Assembly: GCA_023703555.1 (NCBI GenBank)
Contig: CP097968.1
Location: forward strand, 205,451-269,450
Reading direction: 5' to 3'
From: SAR86 cluster bacterium
GTDB taxonomy: Bacteria > Pseudomonadota > Gammaproteobacteria > Magnimaribacterales > TMED112
DNA: 64,000 nucleotides
Part shown: in pieces, positions 29,281 through 38,630 of the stretch
Numbering within the stretch: position 1 is the first letter of the stretch
How the letters are laid out: every line of letters begins with the position of its first letter
The notes under the pieces: model-generated
The model's database searches: none
The model's input: only the letters and a program-made list of their open reading frames with translations
What the model was told of the DNA's origin: nothing
Program-made: the position numbers and the translations under genes

Positions 29281-30350
29281 TTTTTAAAAACTAAATTTAC
29301 ACTTAAAAAATAGTTTAGAACTAAGCCTGCGATAATACCAAAAAGAGCTGAGGTTATGGCAGAGAATTCATTTAAGTAGAATTGTGAAGCAATACCAATA
29401 TTTGCAAAAATGGAGAATGAATTTACAAAGCAGTATTTTAAAAACCCCTTGATTCGCTCTGATATAAGTCTATGAAGATTATGGAAAGTCAGATAATTAT
29501 TTAATAAATAATTTGAGGACATAGCTAAAATTGTGCTCAAGCCATTACTTAGGATAAAAGTTCCCCCAAGAGAAAGAAGAATGCTTAGTATCAGTAGATG
29601 AATAAATACTCCAAGAGTGCCTACGAAGGAAAAGACTACAAAATTTGCTGGGATAAGTCCTCTAGAGATATTTTCAATAATTTGCCCAATAAGATTAAAA
29701 AGTGTTGAAATATTTAGCTTGCTGTCTCCCGATATTCGATCACGAAAATCAATAGCTATCTCTTTATGCTTTAGAGTTTTATCAAGCATTAACAGATCAA
29801 AAAGAATCTTAAAACCGTCTTTATAAAGACTTCCTTGGAGTTCAAGAAATTTATCTCTTTTCATGAGAAAAAAACCTGAGAGTGGATCTGAGATATCATT
29901 TTCAAGAAAAAAATTGGTTACTTTTATGCCAGTTTGGCTCAATTCATGTCGGCTTTTGGATAGGCCCTCTACATTTGGAGTGTGTAGAAATCTTGAGCCA
30001 GAAACCAGATCAATGTCATTATCTTGAATACAAGAAATAAAATTTTTTATATTTTCTGGATTATGTTGGCCATCCCCATCCATCACACAAATATGCCTCT
30101 TCGAGGCAAGCCCTACTCCTTCTACAACTGCTGAGGAAAGCCCTTTTTTCCAGGTTCTTTTTATGCAAAAAATACGATTATTAATTTTTGTATAATTTTT
30201 TACTATCTCTGAGGTCCCATCAGGGCTGTTATCATCAACAACAATTACCTCATAATTACAACCATCTAAGTTTGACTCAATCTGATGTATAACTTTTAGA
30301 ATATTGTCCGCCTCGTTAAAGGTTGGAATTATTACACTAACTTCAAACAT
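29277..30350 (-). CDS. GT2 polyprenyl-phosphate glycosyltransferase (GtrB/ArnC/Dpm1-like) fused to a C-terminal GtrA-like 4-TM domain
   Basis: N-terminal blocks VIIPTFNE, VVDDNSPDGT and the DXD motif in MDGDGQH. The C-terminal 130 aa form 4 TM segments ending NYFLSVNLVFKK, as in GtrA. Confidence 0.8.
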   Translation of the reverse strand: MFEVSVIIPTFNEADNILKVIHQIESNLDGCNYEVIVVDDNSPDGTSEIVKNYTKINNRIFCIKRTWKKGLSSAVVEGVGLASKRHICVMDGDGQHNPENIKNFISCIQDNDIDLVSGSRFLHTPNVEGLSKSRHELSQTGIKVTNFFLENDISDPLSGFFLMKRDKFLELQGSLYKDGFKILFDLLMLDKTLKHKEIAIDFRDRISGDSKLNISTLFNLIGQIIENISRGLIPANFVVFSFVGTLGVFIHLLILSILLSLGGTFILSNGLSTILAMSSNYLLNNYLTFHNLHRLISERIKGFLKYCFVNSFSIFANIGIASQFYLNEFSAITSALFGIIAGLVLNYFLSVNLVFKK

Positions 30351-31425
30351 TAAACTTAAATTCGATTACATCTCCATCTTGTACAAGATAATCTTTCCCT
30401 TCAACTTTTAACTTACCATTTTCCCTAGCAGTTAGGTGGCCTTTGTGATGAATGTAATCTTCAAAACCAATAACTTCAGCTTTTATAAAGCCTCTTTCAA
30501 AGTCTGAATGAATCTTGCCAGCAGCTTGAGGTGCCTTGGACCCTCTCTTTATTGACCATGATCTAACTTCTTTGGGTCCTGCTGTAAAAAATGAAAATAA
30601 ATTCAGAAGCTCATAACCCTGTTGAATAATTACGTCTAATGTTGGTTTTTCAAGACCAAGCATCTCAAGGTACTCAGCCTTTTCAGCGTTATCTAAATCA
30701 GCTAGCTCAGATTCAGCTTTAGCAAATACTTTAATGAGGGGCTTATTTGTTTTTTTTGCATGATCCTCAAGCTCATCTAGAAACACATTTTTTGCCTGAT
30801 CTTCGTGTAGGTTAGCAATATAAAAAAAAGATTTGCTACTAATTAGCTGAAGGGTTTTCAGGATGTCCTCAGTATCGTTACTAAGATCGGCATTGAAACC
30901 GTCTTCTGATATATTTCCCTTAATTTTTTTGAGGTATTCATATTGAGCAATAAGAGATTTTTCACCATTTCTTAACTGCTTAGATATTCTTTCAACTTTT
31001 TTGTCTAAAATTTCTAGATCACTCAACACTAATTCAGTCTCAATAACTTCTAAATCATCAACTGGAGAAATTCTTCCATCTACATGAATAACGTTGCTAT
31101 CCTCAAAACACCTTACAACATGTGCAAAACATTGGGTTTCTCTGATATGTGATAAAAATTTATTGCCAAGACCCTCACCGGCATGTGCTCCCTTTACAAG
31201 TCCTGCAATGTCAACAAATTCCATATATGCTGGAATAATTTTTTCAGGATTATTAATTTCTGCTAGCTTATCTAACCGTATATCTGGAATATTGACTCTG
31301 GCAATATTTGGCTCAATTGTACAAAAAGGAAAATTTTCAGCTTGTATCTTCTGTGAGGTTAAAGCATTGAAGAGGGTTGATTTACCCACATTTGGTAAGC
31401 CTACAATGCCACATTTAATGCTCAT
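30343..31425 (-). CDS. ychF: Ribosome-binding ATPase YchF
   Basis: G1 motif GIVGLPNVGKSTLFNALT and the C-terminal TGS-like domain (HSDFERGFIKAEV). Confidence 0.96.
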   Translation of the reverse strand: MSIKCGIVGLPNVGKSTLFNALTSQKIQAENFPFCTIEPNIARVNIPDIRLDKLAEINNPEKIIPAYMEFVDIAGLVKGAHAGEGLGNKFLSHIRETQCFAHVVRCFEDSNVIHVDGRISPVDDLEVIETELVLSDLEILDKKVERISKQLRNGEKSLIAQYEYLKKIKGNISEDGFNADLSNDTEDILKTLQLISSKSFFYIANLHEDQAKNVFLDELEDHAKKTNKPLIKVFAKAESELADLDNAEKAEYLEMLGLEKPTLDVIIQQGYELLNLFSFFTAGPKEVRSWSIKRGSKAPQAAGKIHSDFERGFIKAEVIGFEDYIHHKGHLTARENGKLKVEGKDYLVQDGDVIEFKFNV

Positions 31426-31990
31426 TGCTATGCAGCTTATTCATAACTATTAACCATTTCTTCATAAGGAGATCATCTAGGCAGCTTTCACATTTTTCAA
31501 ATGCAACTGATAATCCCCTTTTTTCAGCTGGTGTTGGTTTTTTTGTCACCCATGCATTAGTTTGTTTTTTATCAGACGGATGGCCGATTCCAAATCTTAG
31601 CCTTACAAAATTATCACCAACGTTATTAAGAATGTCTCGAAGTCCGTTATGTCCAGCATGTCCTCCGCCGATTTTAAGTTTTACTTCACCAGGCTCTAAA
31701 TCCATGTCGTCGTGAAGGACTAGAATATCCTCTGTTGACTTGACTTTATATTTTTTTAGGAGCGACATCGTCTTGCCACTCAGATTTATAAACTCATTGG
31801 GCTTCACAAATCCAATAGAAAGGCCTCCGATACTTATCTCTGCATATTGTGCATCAATTTTCTTTGAGTTTTCTAAAGATAGTGATTTTATATCCAGGAT
31901 TCTATCAAGGAAATCATAACCAGCATTATGTCTTGTACGATCGTATTTATTTCCAGGATTTCCAAGCCCGACTACACAAAGATCAAGCAA
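31415..31990 (-). CDS. pth: Peptidyl-tRNA hydrolase
   Basis: VGLGNPGNKYDRTRHNAG and GHNGLRD motifs. The start is uncertain. TTG 31990 lies 1 nt after the rplY stop codon and gives about 191 aa. In-frame ATGs at 32026, 32041 and 32056 would overlap rplY by 35-65 nt. Confidence 0.85.
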   Translation of the reverse strand: MLDLCVVGLGNPGNKYDRTRHNAGYDFLDRILDIKSLSLENSKKIDAQYAEISIGGLSIGFVKPNEFINLSGKTMSLLKKYKVKSTEDILVLHDDMDLEPGEVKLKIGGGHAGHNGLRDILNNVGDNFVRLRFGIGHPSDKKQTNAWVTKKPTPAEKRGLSVAFEKCESCLDDLLMKKWLIVMNKLHSNEH

Positions 31991-31991
31991 T

Positions 31992-32690
31992 TTATTCTTC
32001 TTTTGCTGCCTCTGAATTATTCTCATCAGAGCTTGCTTCATCTTTACTATCTGCATCTGTTGATTCGTCCCCAGCTACTGCGTCTAAATCTTCATCATCA
32101 ATATCAAGACCACCACCTTTTGCTGATAAGACTGATACTAGAACAGGATCTTGTATTTTAAGGGAACTAGGGAATTCATAGTTTGATGTTTCTGCCAAAT
32201 CACCAAGTCTGAACTTCTCCTTAGACTTAATATGCTCCATATCTACTTCAATAGCTTCAGGAATATTATTTGGATCAGCTAAAACAGTAATTTCTTTAGA
32301 TACATGATTGATTATACCCCCTTCAATTTTTACACCATAGCACTTATCTTGATTTGCTAAGACCACAGGCACAACAACAGAAATTTTAATTCCGCTTACT
32401 ACTCTCTGTAGATCAAAATGTGTATAAATATTTTTAGATGGATGCATTTGGATGTCTTTGAAAACAACAAGCTCTTTTTTATTTTCTACTTCAAGTTCAA
32501 TCAGCTTATTAAAAACGCTATCAACATTGAGAATCTTTAAAAATTCATTCTTTTTAACAAAAATTGGTATTGGTTTATCTTTGCCACCATAGACTATACC
32601 AGGTATTCTATTTTCTCCAAAAACTGCTTTTCGTGCTGATAAGCCACCAGTTTTTTTTCTTGGTTCAGCTTTTAAAATTAAAGAGCTCAT
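31992..32690 (-). CDS. rplY: 50S ribosomal protein L25, long Ctc form with acidic tail
   Basis: N-terminus LKAEPR..G...AR..R..G.IPGIVYGG, a two-domain Ctc architecture and an Asp/Glu/Ser-rich C-terminus. Confidence 0.9.
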   Translation of the reverse strand: MSSLILKAEPRKKTGGLSARKAVFGENRIPGIVYGGKDKPIPIFVKKNEFLKILNVDSVFNKLIELEVENKKELVVFKDIQMHPSKNIYTHFDLQRVVSGIKISVVVPVVLANQDKCYGVKIEGGIINHVSKEITVLADPNNIPEAIEVDMEHIKSKEKFRLGDLAETSNYEFPSSLKIQDPVLVSVLSAKGGGLDIDDEDLDAVAGDESTDADSKDEASSDENNSEAAKEE

Positions 32691-33640
32691 TATTTCAAAT
32701 ATAGTTCACTAATTGATTTGCCACTGTCTATCCTTTTTATAGACTCAGATAGTACAGGCGAAATATCAAAGACGTCTATTTTAGGGCATTTTTTCAATTT
32801 GTCATCTATATCAATTGTATTTGACACTATAAGACTATCAATTTCAGAATTATTAATATTTTCTATTGCATCGCCAGATAAAACGGCGTGAGTAATGAAA
32901 GCAATTATTTTTTTTGCACCTTTATTTTTAAGGGCATTTGCTCCATTACAAATTGTTCCAGCAGTATCTATAAGATCATCTGGAACAATACAAACTTTGT
33001 TCTCAACTTCTCCAATAACATTTATTACCTCTGATTCATTTGCTCGCTCTCTTCGTTTATCAATAATTGCTAAATCTTGAACCTTAAGTGTTTTAGCAAC
33101 TGACCTAGCTCTAATCACACCTCCAGTGTCTGGGGAAACAACTTGTAACTCATCAGGATTAAATTCATCTGCTATTCGTTGACACATAATATTTGACGCG
33201 TAAATATTGTCTACTGGAATTGAGAAGAATCCCTGAATTTGTTCAGAGTGCATGTCCATGGTTATTACTCTAGAAACCCCTACACCCTCTAGAATATTTG
33301 CTACAACCCTGGCGCTTATTGGAACTCTAGCAGACCTTACTCTTCTATCTTGTCTTGCATATCCAAAATAAGGAATAATTGCCGTAATAGATTGTGCTGA
33401 AGCTCTTTTGAGGGCATCAGCCATTAGAACTAGCTCAAACAGGTTAACTTCTGCTGGATTATTTGTCGATTGAATGATGAAAGTATCTTTCCCTCTAACA
33501 TTTTCATTAATTTCAATTGCAACTTCTCCATCACTGAACTTTCCTAACTGTATTGAGCCTAAACCTCTGTTGAGATTTTTAACAATTGAATAAGCTAGTT
33601 TCCTATTGGAATTTCCTGCAAAAATAATTTGTTTTTCCAT
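32690..33640 (-). CDS. prs: Ribose-phosphate pyrophosphokinase
   Basis: YFGYARQDRR, MDMHSEQIQGFF and the PRPP-binding loop VPDDLIDTAGT. Confidence 0.96.
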   Translation of the reverse strand: MEKQIIFAGNSNRKLAYSIVKNLNRGLGSIQLGKFSDGEVAIEINENVRGKDTFIIQSTNNPAEVNLFELVLMADALKRASAQSITAIIPYFGYARQDRRVRSARVPISARVVANILEGVGVSRVITMDMHSEQIQGFFSIPVDNIYASNIMCQRIADEFNPDELQVVSPDTGGVIRARSVAKTLKVQDLAIIDKRRERANESEVINVIGEVENKVCIVPDDLIDTAGTICNGANALKNKGAKKIIAFITHAVLSGDAIENINNSEIDSLIVSNTIDIDDKLKKCPKIDVFDISPVLSESIKRIDSGKSISELYLK

Positions 33641-33649
33641 AATACAAAC

Positions 33650-33724
33650 TGGCTGGGGTGGTAGGATTCGAACCTACGAATGGCGCCACCAAAAGGCGCT
33701 GCCTTACCACTTGGCCACACCCCA
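33650..33724 (-). tRNA. tRNA-Gln (anticodon TTG)
   Basis: The reverse complement reads TGGGGTG-TG-GCCAAGTGGTAAGGCA-GCGCC-TTTTGGT-GGCGC-CATTC-GTAGG-TTCGAAT-CCTAC-CACCCCA-G-CCA. U1:A72 and G73 match tRNA-Gln. It sits in the conserved ispE-tRNAGln-prs slot. Confidence 0.9.
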
Positions 33725-34537
33725 ATCTTCCTTAAAGTGATAGTATTTTAATCCTTCTACTAAAAAAACTCTAAACTTTTGAGCTTTTTCTTTTTCTAAA
33801 AATGCAACTTCTTTCTTCGTTGGATTTTCTATAAATAGCGATCCACCAGATCCGCTTAATTTTAGTTTGTCTTTAAATATGGGTTCTAATGAAATTAAAT
33901 CATTGTAAAATTTCGAAAATTTATCTGAAATTTTAATTAATGGTGTAAATAAGCTATTTAACTCTTCTCTACGTTTATTCTCTATTTTAATAAGATTTGA
34001 CTGGAAAACTTTTTTTGTCGAGACTTCAAAATTTGGCACAATAAGAAGAAAATTAGAGTTTCTTGATTTTTCCTTCAGGATTATTTCACCAATACCACCA
34101 ACATAGCAACTTCTTGAATTTACAAAAAAAGGCACATCAGCTCCAATTTCAATAGCCAGATCTTTATAATCAAGATGCTTATTCGAGATTCCATTATAGT
34201 GGCATAAAAAGTTTAACATTGTGGCTGCATTCGAGCTGCCACCTCCAAGACCTGAGCCTATCGGAATATTTTTCGTCAGTTTGATTTGAAATTTATGCCT
34301 TTTTTTATATCTTTTTTCAAACCAGGACATAGTCCTAAAAATGATATTTTGATCCTGGGCAATATTTGTATTGCACTTGATGATAGTATTTTTTGCCTCT
34401 TTTATTAAAAATTCATCGAATAAGCTTACAAGCTGTAGGTGAGAGTCAATGATATGATACCCATCTTTAGTTTTACCAATAACATTGAGAAACGTATTTA
34501 TTTTTGCAGGAGAGAGTAATCTATACACTTTGAACAA
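33704..34537 (-). CDS. ispE: 4-diphosphocytidyl-2-C-methyl-D-erythritol kinase
   Basis: GHMP kinase motif PIGSGLGGGSSNAA and N-terminal PAKINTFL. The last 7 codons, including the stop, lie inside tRNA-Gln. Confidence 0.92.
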   Translation of the reverse strand: MFKVYRLLSPAKINTFLNVIGKTKDGYHIIDSHLQLVSLFDEFLIKEAKNTIIKCNTNIAQDQNIIFRTMSWFEKRYKKRHKFQIKLTKNIPIGSGLGGGSSNAATMLNFLCHYNGISNKHLDYKDLAIEIGADVPFFVNSRSCYVGGIGEIILKEKSRNSNFLLIVPNFEVSTKKVFQSNLIKIENKRREELNSLFTPLIKISDKFSKFYNDLISLEPIFKDKLKLSGSGGSLFIENPTKKEVAFLEKEKAQKFRVFLVEGLKYYHFKEDWGVAKW

Positions 34538-34952
34538 ATAATTTTACAGCATAATCTGAATAATCTAACTGTCTCTCAATTTGACACTTTTTAGTATGAG
34601 CACATTTTTTTTTAAAATTTTTTCGTAGTTGGTCAGTAGGCAGATTGTTAAAGAATTCTTTGTTGACATATTTTCCAGTCCACTGGTTGCTTAGCGAGGA
34701 GAATGTCGCAACAGCTTTCATTGTTAATGGCTCATATAAATTAATGGTAAAGACATTGGATGCTTCTGATATTCTTACAAACAAAATATTTGCCTCGGTT
34801 TTGCTTGTAAAAGAAATTTTACCCTCCAGATTGAAGGATGAAGTGGAAAAATTTAAACTTGCACAGCTGCTCGCGCTAAAGAAAACGATTAATAGAGCAG
34901 CTTTTTTAATACAATATAAATAATGGATTTTCAGTGTTGGGGAATAAGTCAT
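34521..34952 (-). CDS. lolB: Outer-membrane lipoprotein, LolB-like (short)
   Basis: Lipobox FFSASSC and the conserved position upstream of ispE, divergent from hemA. At 143 aa it is shorter than typical LolB. The start is uncertain because ATG 34952 overlaps the hemA 5' end. Confidence 0.55.
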   Translation of the reverse strand: MTYSPTLKIHYLYCIKKAALLIVFFSASSCASLNFSTSSFNLEGKISFTSKTEANILFVRISEASNVFTINLYEPLTMKAVATFSSLSNQWTGKYVNKEFFNNLPTDQLRKNFKKKCAHTKKCQIERQLDYSDYAVKLFVQSV

Positions 34953-36086
34953 AAATCTACCTCTTTAGAGGTTAGAGAAAAATTCGCGCTTAATAAAGAA
35001 GAAATTGATAAAACAATTGCATCGTTAAAGCTGAGGGGAGCATTTAACAACGGTATATTGCTGTCGACATGCAATAGGACAGAGTTCTACTCGTTTTGCC
35101 AGCGAGCACAAATAAAAAAAATTGATAAATTATTAATTGACTCACTTAATTCAAACTTTTCACTGAGAAAGAATGATCAATATCTTTTCTCAGGACAAGA
35201 TGCATTTATTCACCTTTTAAAAGTTATGACCGGAATTGACTCTATGATTGTGGGTGAGCCTGATATATTTGGCCAGGCAAAGAAATCATTTTTGAATTCT
35301 AAATCTTTTGGATTCCTTAATTCTGAGCTTGAAGGCATATTTACTGGAGCTATAAAATTATCAAAAAGCCTTAGAACGGAGGCAAAACTTTCAAAGAATC
35401 CAGTATCAATTGCTTCTGTAGTTTTTGATGAAATTAGCACAGACAGCCAAAAAGTTTTAATAATAGGTGCAGGAGATGTTGGAAAAGCTTTAACAATTCG
35501 CTTAGTCAAGAAGAAAATTAAGGTATATGTTTTCAACAGAACTAAGAAAAAAATAGCAGACATCGAGACCAAATCACTAAGTGAGATAAATAAATATACC
35601 TTAGACGCAGACAATATAATAATTGCAGCTTCATCAAAAAAGCCATTTTTGAAATTAGAAAATCTTCAAAGGAACAAAAATAAACTTAAAATTTTTGATC
35701 TTGCAATCCCAAGAAATCTTGAAGAAAGTATTAATAAACACCCAAATATTTCTCTTGTTTCTCTAGATGAGCTGAGTGCTAAAATTGCAAAGAACCTTGA
35801 AGGAAGAAAGACAGAAGTATTGAAAGCAGAAAACCTTATAAGTGAATTTGCTGCAAAGGAATTTGCTGCACTTAAAAATAAAAAAGCATCAGACGTAAAG
35901 CAAAAAAACCTAAGAGGAAAACTTAGTGAAATAAAGAAAGTTGCTCTGGAAAATGCTGAAAAAAATATCCAAAGGGGAATGTCTCAAAGAGAAGTCATAA
36001 AAAAACTAGCAGATGAAATAAATGCAAAAGATTCTTACCAAATTTCAAAAATAATCGAGGAAATTTCAAGATCTACAAGAAGGTAA
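34923..36086 (+). CDS. hemA: Glutamyl-tRNA reductase
   Basis: N-terminus GISHKSTSLEVREKF, catalytic Cys in LSTCNRTEFY and the NADPH loop IGAGDVG. Confidence 0.93.
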   Translation: MDFQCWGISHKSTSLEVREKFALNKEEIDKTIASLKLRGAFNNGILLSTCNRTEFYSFCQRAQIKKIDKLLIDSLNSNFSLRKNDQYLFSGQDAFIHLLKVMTGIDSMIVGEPDIFGQAKKSFLNSKSFGFLNSELEGIFTGAIKLSKSLRTEAKLSKNPVSIASVVFDEISTDSQKVLIIGAGDVGKALTIRLVKKKIKVYVFNRTKKKIADIETKSLSEINKYTLDADNIIIAASSKKPFLKLENLQRNKNKLKIFDLAIPRNLEESINKHPNISLVSLDELSAKIAKNLEGRKTEVLKAENLISEFAAKEFAALKNKKASDVKQKNLRGKLSEIKKVALENAEKNIQRGMSQREVIKKLADEINAKDSYQISKIIEEISRSTRR

Positions 36087-36087
36087 G

Positions 36088-37164
36088 ATGAAAGAGTCAC
36101 TTAAAGAATCTTTAATAAATATTAAAAAAAGATACGATGAAATTACTGCTTCACTTTCAAACCCAGAAATTACTGCGGATATAAATAAATTAACACAATT
36201 AAATAAAGAGTTGTCAGATATTAGGGAAATTGCTGAGTCTTGGGATAGTTTTCAGGAACACGAAAAAAATATTATTAGTCTTAAACAAATGCTTGAAGAT
36301 GAGGAGATGAAAATCTTAGTAGAAGAGGAGCTTAACGCATTAGAAATTAAAGTAAAAGAAATCGAAGCAAAAATCATGATAATGCTTCTTCCTAAAGATA
36401 AAGATGATGAAAGAAATTCATTCTTGGAGTTAAGGGCTGGTGCAGGTGGTGATGAAGCAGCAATTTTTGTTGGGGATTTAAAACGAATGTATACACGCTT
36501 TGCAGAGAGAAATAACTGGGGCATTGAGAAAATAAAAGAAATAGAATCTGGTCCTGGAGGTTTTAAGGAGGTTGTACTAAAAGTTGTTGGAAAAAATGTT
36601 TACGGCAACATGAGATTTGAAAGTGGGGTGCATAGGGTTCAAAGAGTTCCATTAACCGAATCTCAAGGACGAATTCATACATCTACTGCCACGGTTGCGG
36701 TGCTGCCTGAGATTGAAGATATTGAAGAAAGAGACTTAGACATGGGAGATATAAGAGTTGATACTTTTAGAGCATCGGGAGCAGGTGGACAACATGTAAA
36801 TAAAACTGATTCAGCTGTAAGACTCACACACATACCTTCAGGAATTGTTGTTGAGTGCCAAGAGGATAGAAGTCAACATAAAAATAAGGCAAAAGCTTTA
36901 ACATTGCTATCATCAAAAATATATGACATTGAGAAACAGCAACTTGAACAAAAAAAAGCCATAGAAAGAAAATCTATAGTAGGAACAGGAGATCGAAGTG
37001 AAAAAATTAGGACTTATAATTTTCCACAAGGAAGAGTTACAGATCATAGAATAAAATTTACGACGCACAACATTGATGGGTTTCTTGATGGAGAAATTAC
37101 GGACCTTTTGGACTCTTTGAAAGCTCAAAACAACTCTGAAAAATTACTTGAAATTGACAAATGA
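36088..37164 (+). CDS. prfA: Peptide chain release factor 1
   Basis: GGQ motif SGAGGQHVNKTDSAVRLTH and decoding loop RVQRVPLTESQGRIHTS (PxT type, so RF1). Confidence 0.96.
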   Translation: MKESLKESLINIKKRYDEITASLSNPEITADINKLTQLNKELSDIREIAESWDSFQEHEKNIISLKQMLEDEEMKILVEEELNALEIKVKEIEAKIMIMLLPKDKDDERNSFLELRAGAGGDEAAIFVGDLKRMYTRFAERNNWGIEKIKEIESGPGGFKEVVLKVVGKNVYGNMRFESGVHRVQRVPLTESQGRIHTSTATVAVLPEIEDIEERDLDMGDIRVDTFRASGAGGQHVNKTDSAVRLTHIPSGIVVECQEDRSQHKNKAKALTLLSSKIYDIEKQQLEQKKAIERKSIVGTGDRSEKIRTYNFPQGRVTDHRIKFTTHNIDGFLDGEITDLLDSLKAQNNSEKLLEIDK

Positions 37165-37906
37165 AATAATAAAGAAGTCATGGCGAGATATTTATGGCTG
37201 TAGCTATGACGAAGGCTTAAATTTCTTACTAGATTGGTGGAAAACCAGTGACATCCCCATTAAAGATTTGCTTGAAAAAATATCTCAAAGATACCCAGTT
37301 CAATACATAATTGGAGAATGGCCATTTTTTGAAGGTAATTATCTCATAAATGAAGACGTTCTTATACCAAGGCCAGAAACAGAACAACTCATTGAAATCA
37401 TTAAGAGTTTTGCTTTGAATCCAAAAAATATCTTAGATTTAGGTACTGGTTCGGGCTGCATTGCAATCGAAATATCAAAAATTTTTCCTGAAGCAAAAGT
37501 TGTTGGCATAGATAAAAGTGAGTCAGCCATTTCTATTGCTAAAAAAAATAACTTACAAGCTAAAAATGAGGTTATATTTAAATGCTCGGATTGGTTCGAC
37601 AATGTGGATGAGAAGTTTGACCTCATTATCACTAATCCACCATACCTTCCTAAAGAAATGATGTGTCAAGACCTTGAATTTGAACCAAAATTAGCTCTTT
37701 TTGCAGATGATAATGGTATGGAATGCTTTAAAGAAATAATTATGAAGGCAAGAACCTACATGAATATTGATTCATGGATTTTTTTTGAGCATCTCCCTGT
37801 GCAGGCTGCAGAATTAAATGAACTTCTACAAAAAGAAGGTTTCATTGAAACTTCAAAAATATGTGATTACAACGGAAAATATAGATATACATATGGAAGA
37901 ACATGA
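37148..37906 (+). CDS. prmC: Release-factor glutamine N5-methyltransferase PrmC/HemK
   Basis: SAM loop LDLGTGSGCIA and catalytic NPPY (ITNPPYLP). Apparent TTG start overlaps the prfA end. Confidence 0.88.
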   Translation: MKLTNEIIKKSWRDIYGCSYDEGLNFLLDWWKTSDIPIKDLLEKISQRYPVQYIIGEWPFFEGNYLINEDVLIPRPETEQLIEIIKSFALNPKNILDLGTGSGCIAIEISKIFPEAKVVGIDKSESAISIAKKNNLQAKNEVIFKCSDWFDNVDEKFDLIITNPPYLPKEMMCQDLEFEPKLALFADDNGMECFKEIIMKARTYMNIDSWIFFEHLPVQAAELNELLQKEGFIETSKICDYNGKYRYTYGRT

Positions 37907-38630
37907 ACTTTTAACCAGGTATTATTCTCAACTTATACTCAATGACATAAGTATTTCTGATCAGACTCACCTTTGGGATAAACATGTAAGTGTTGTGGGA
38001 TTAGGAGGCCTAGGCTCACCACTTGCTGTATATCTTGTTGCAGCCGGCCTTGGCAAGGTAACTCTCCTAGATTCTGATTGTATTGAGGTTAAGAATTTGC
38101 ATCGACAAGTGTTTTATACACAAAATGATTTAGGATTAAAAAAAGTTCAATGTCTAGGTAATCACTTAAAAAAAATTAATCCTAAAGTTGAGGTCAACCT
38201 TATTCCCCAAAAATCCTGGGAGGTAAAATTTAGTGAATTTCGATCTGATCTCATTATTGATTGTGCAGATAACTTGAAAACAACATATGAGTTGAACTCT
38301 GAATGTGTAAAAAATAATCTGCCATTTTCAACAGCATCAATATCAGGTTATCAGGGACAAGTTTTTATGTTTAACAACACAGAGGAATCTCATTGTTGTT
38401 ATGAATGTCTGTTTGAAGAAGTTGGAGATTTAAATGAAAATGACTGTGCCGATGTTGGAGTCCTAGGACCATCAGTATCAATGATTGCATCTATTCAGGC
38501 TCAGTGCGTTCTGAAAAAACTCTTAAACAACCCAATTCTTGAGGATGGAATTTTACGCATCGATACATCAACAATGAAAATCAAGAAAAATAAGATCAAT
38601 ACAAACAATTCTTGTAAACTATCCCCATGA
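37893..38630 (+). CDS. moeB: ThiF/MoeB-family adenylyltransferase (MoeB-like)
   Basis: RYYSQLIL, nucleotide loop VVGLGGLGSPLAVYLVAAGLG, LLDSDCIEVKNLHRQ and CYEC. ATG 37893 gives 245 aa. Its position after prmC matches Pseudomonas-type synteny. Confidence 0.8.
   Translation: MEEHELLTRYYSQLILNDISISDQTHLWDKHVSVVGLGGLGSPLAVYLVAAGLGKVTLLDSDCIEVKNLHRQVFYTQNDLGLKKVQCLGNHLKKINPKVEVNLIPQKSWEVKFSEFRSDLIIDCADNLKTTYELNSECVKNNLPFSTASISGYQGQVFMFNNTEESHCCYECLFEEVGDLNENDCADVGVLGPSVSMIASIQAQCVLKKLLNNPILEDGILRIDTSTMKIKKNKINTNNSCKLSP

Noticed and set aside
36640-36660. RF1 decoding tripeptide reads PLT rather than PAT or PVT.
   Set aside because: The middle position of the PxT motif is variable. Without an alignment survey I cannot say that Leu is unusual.
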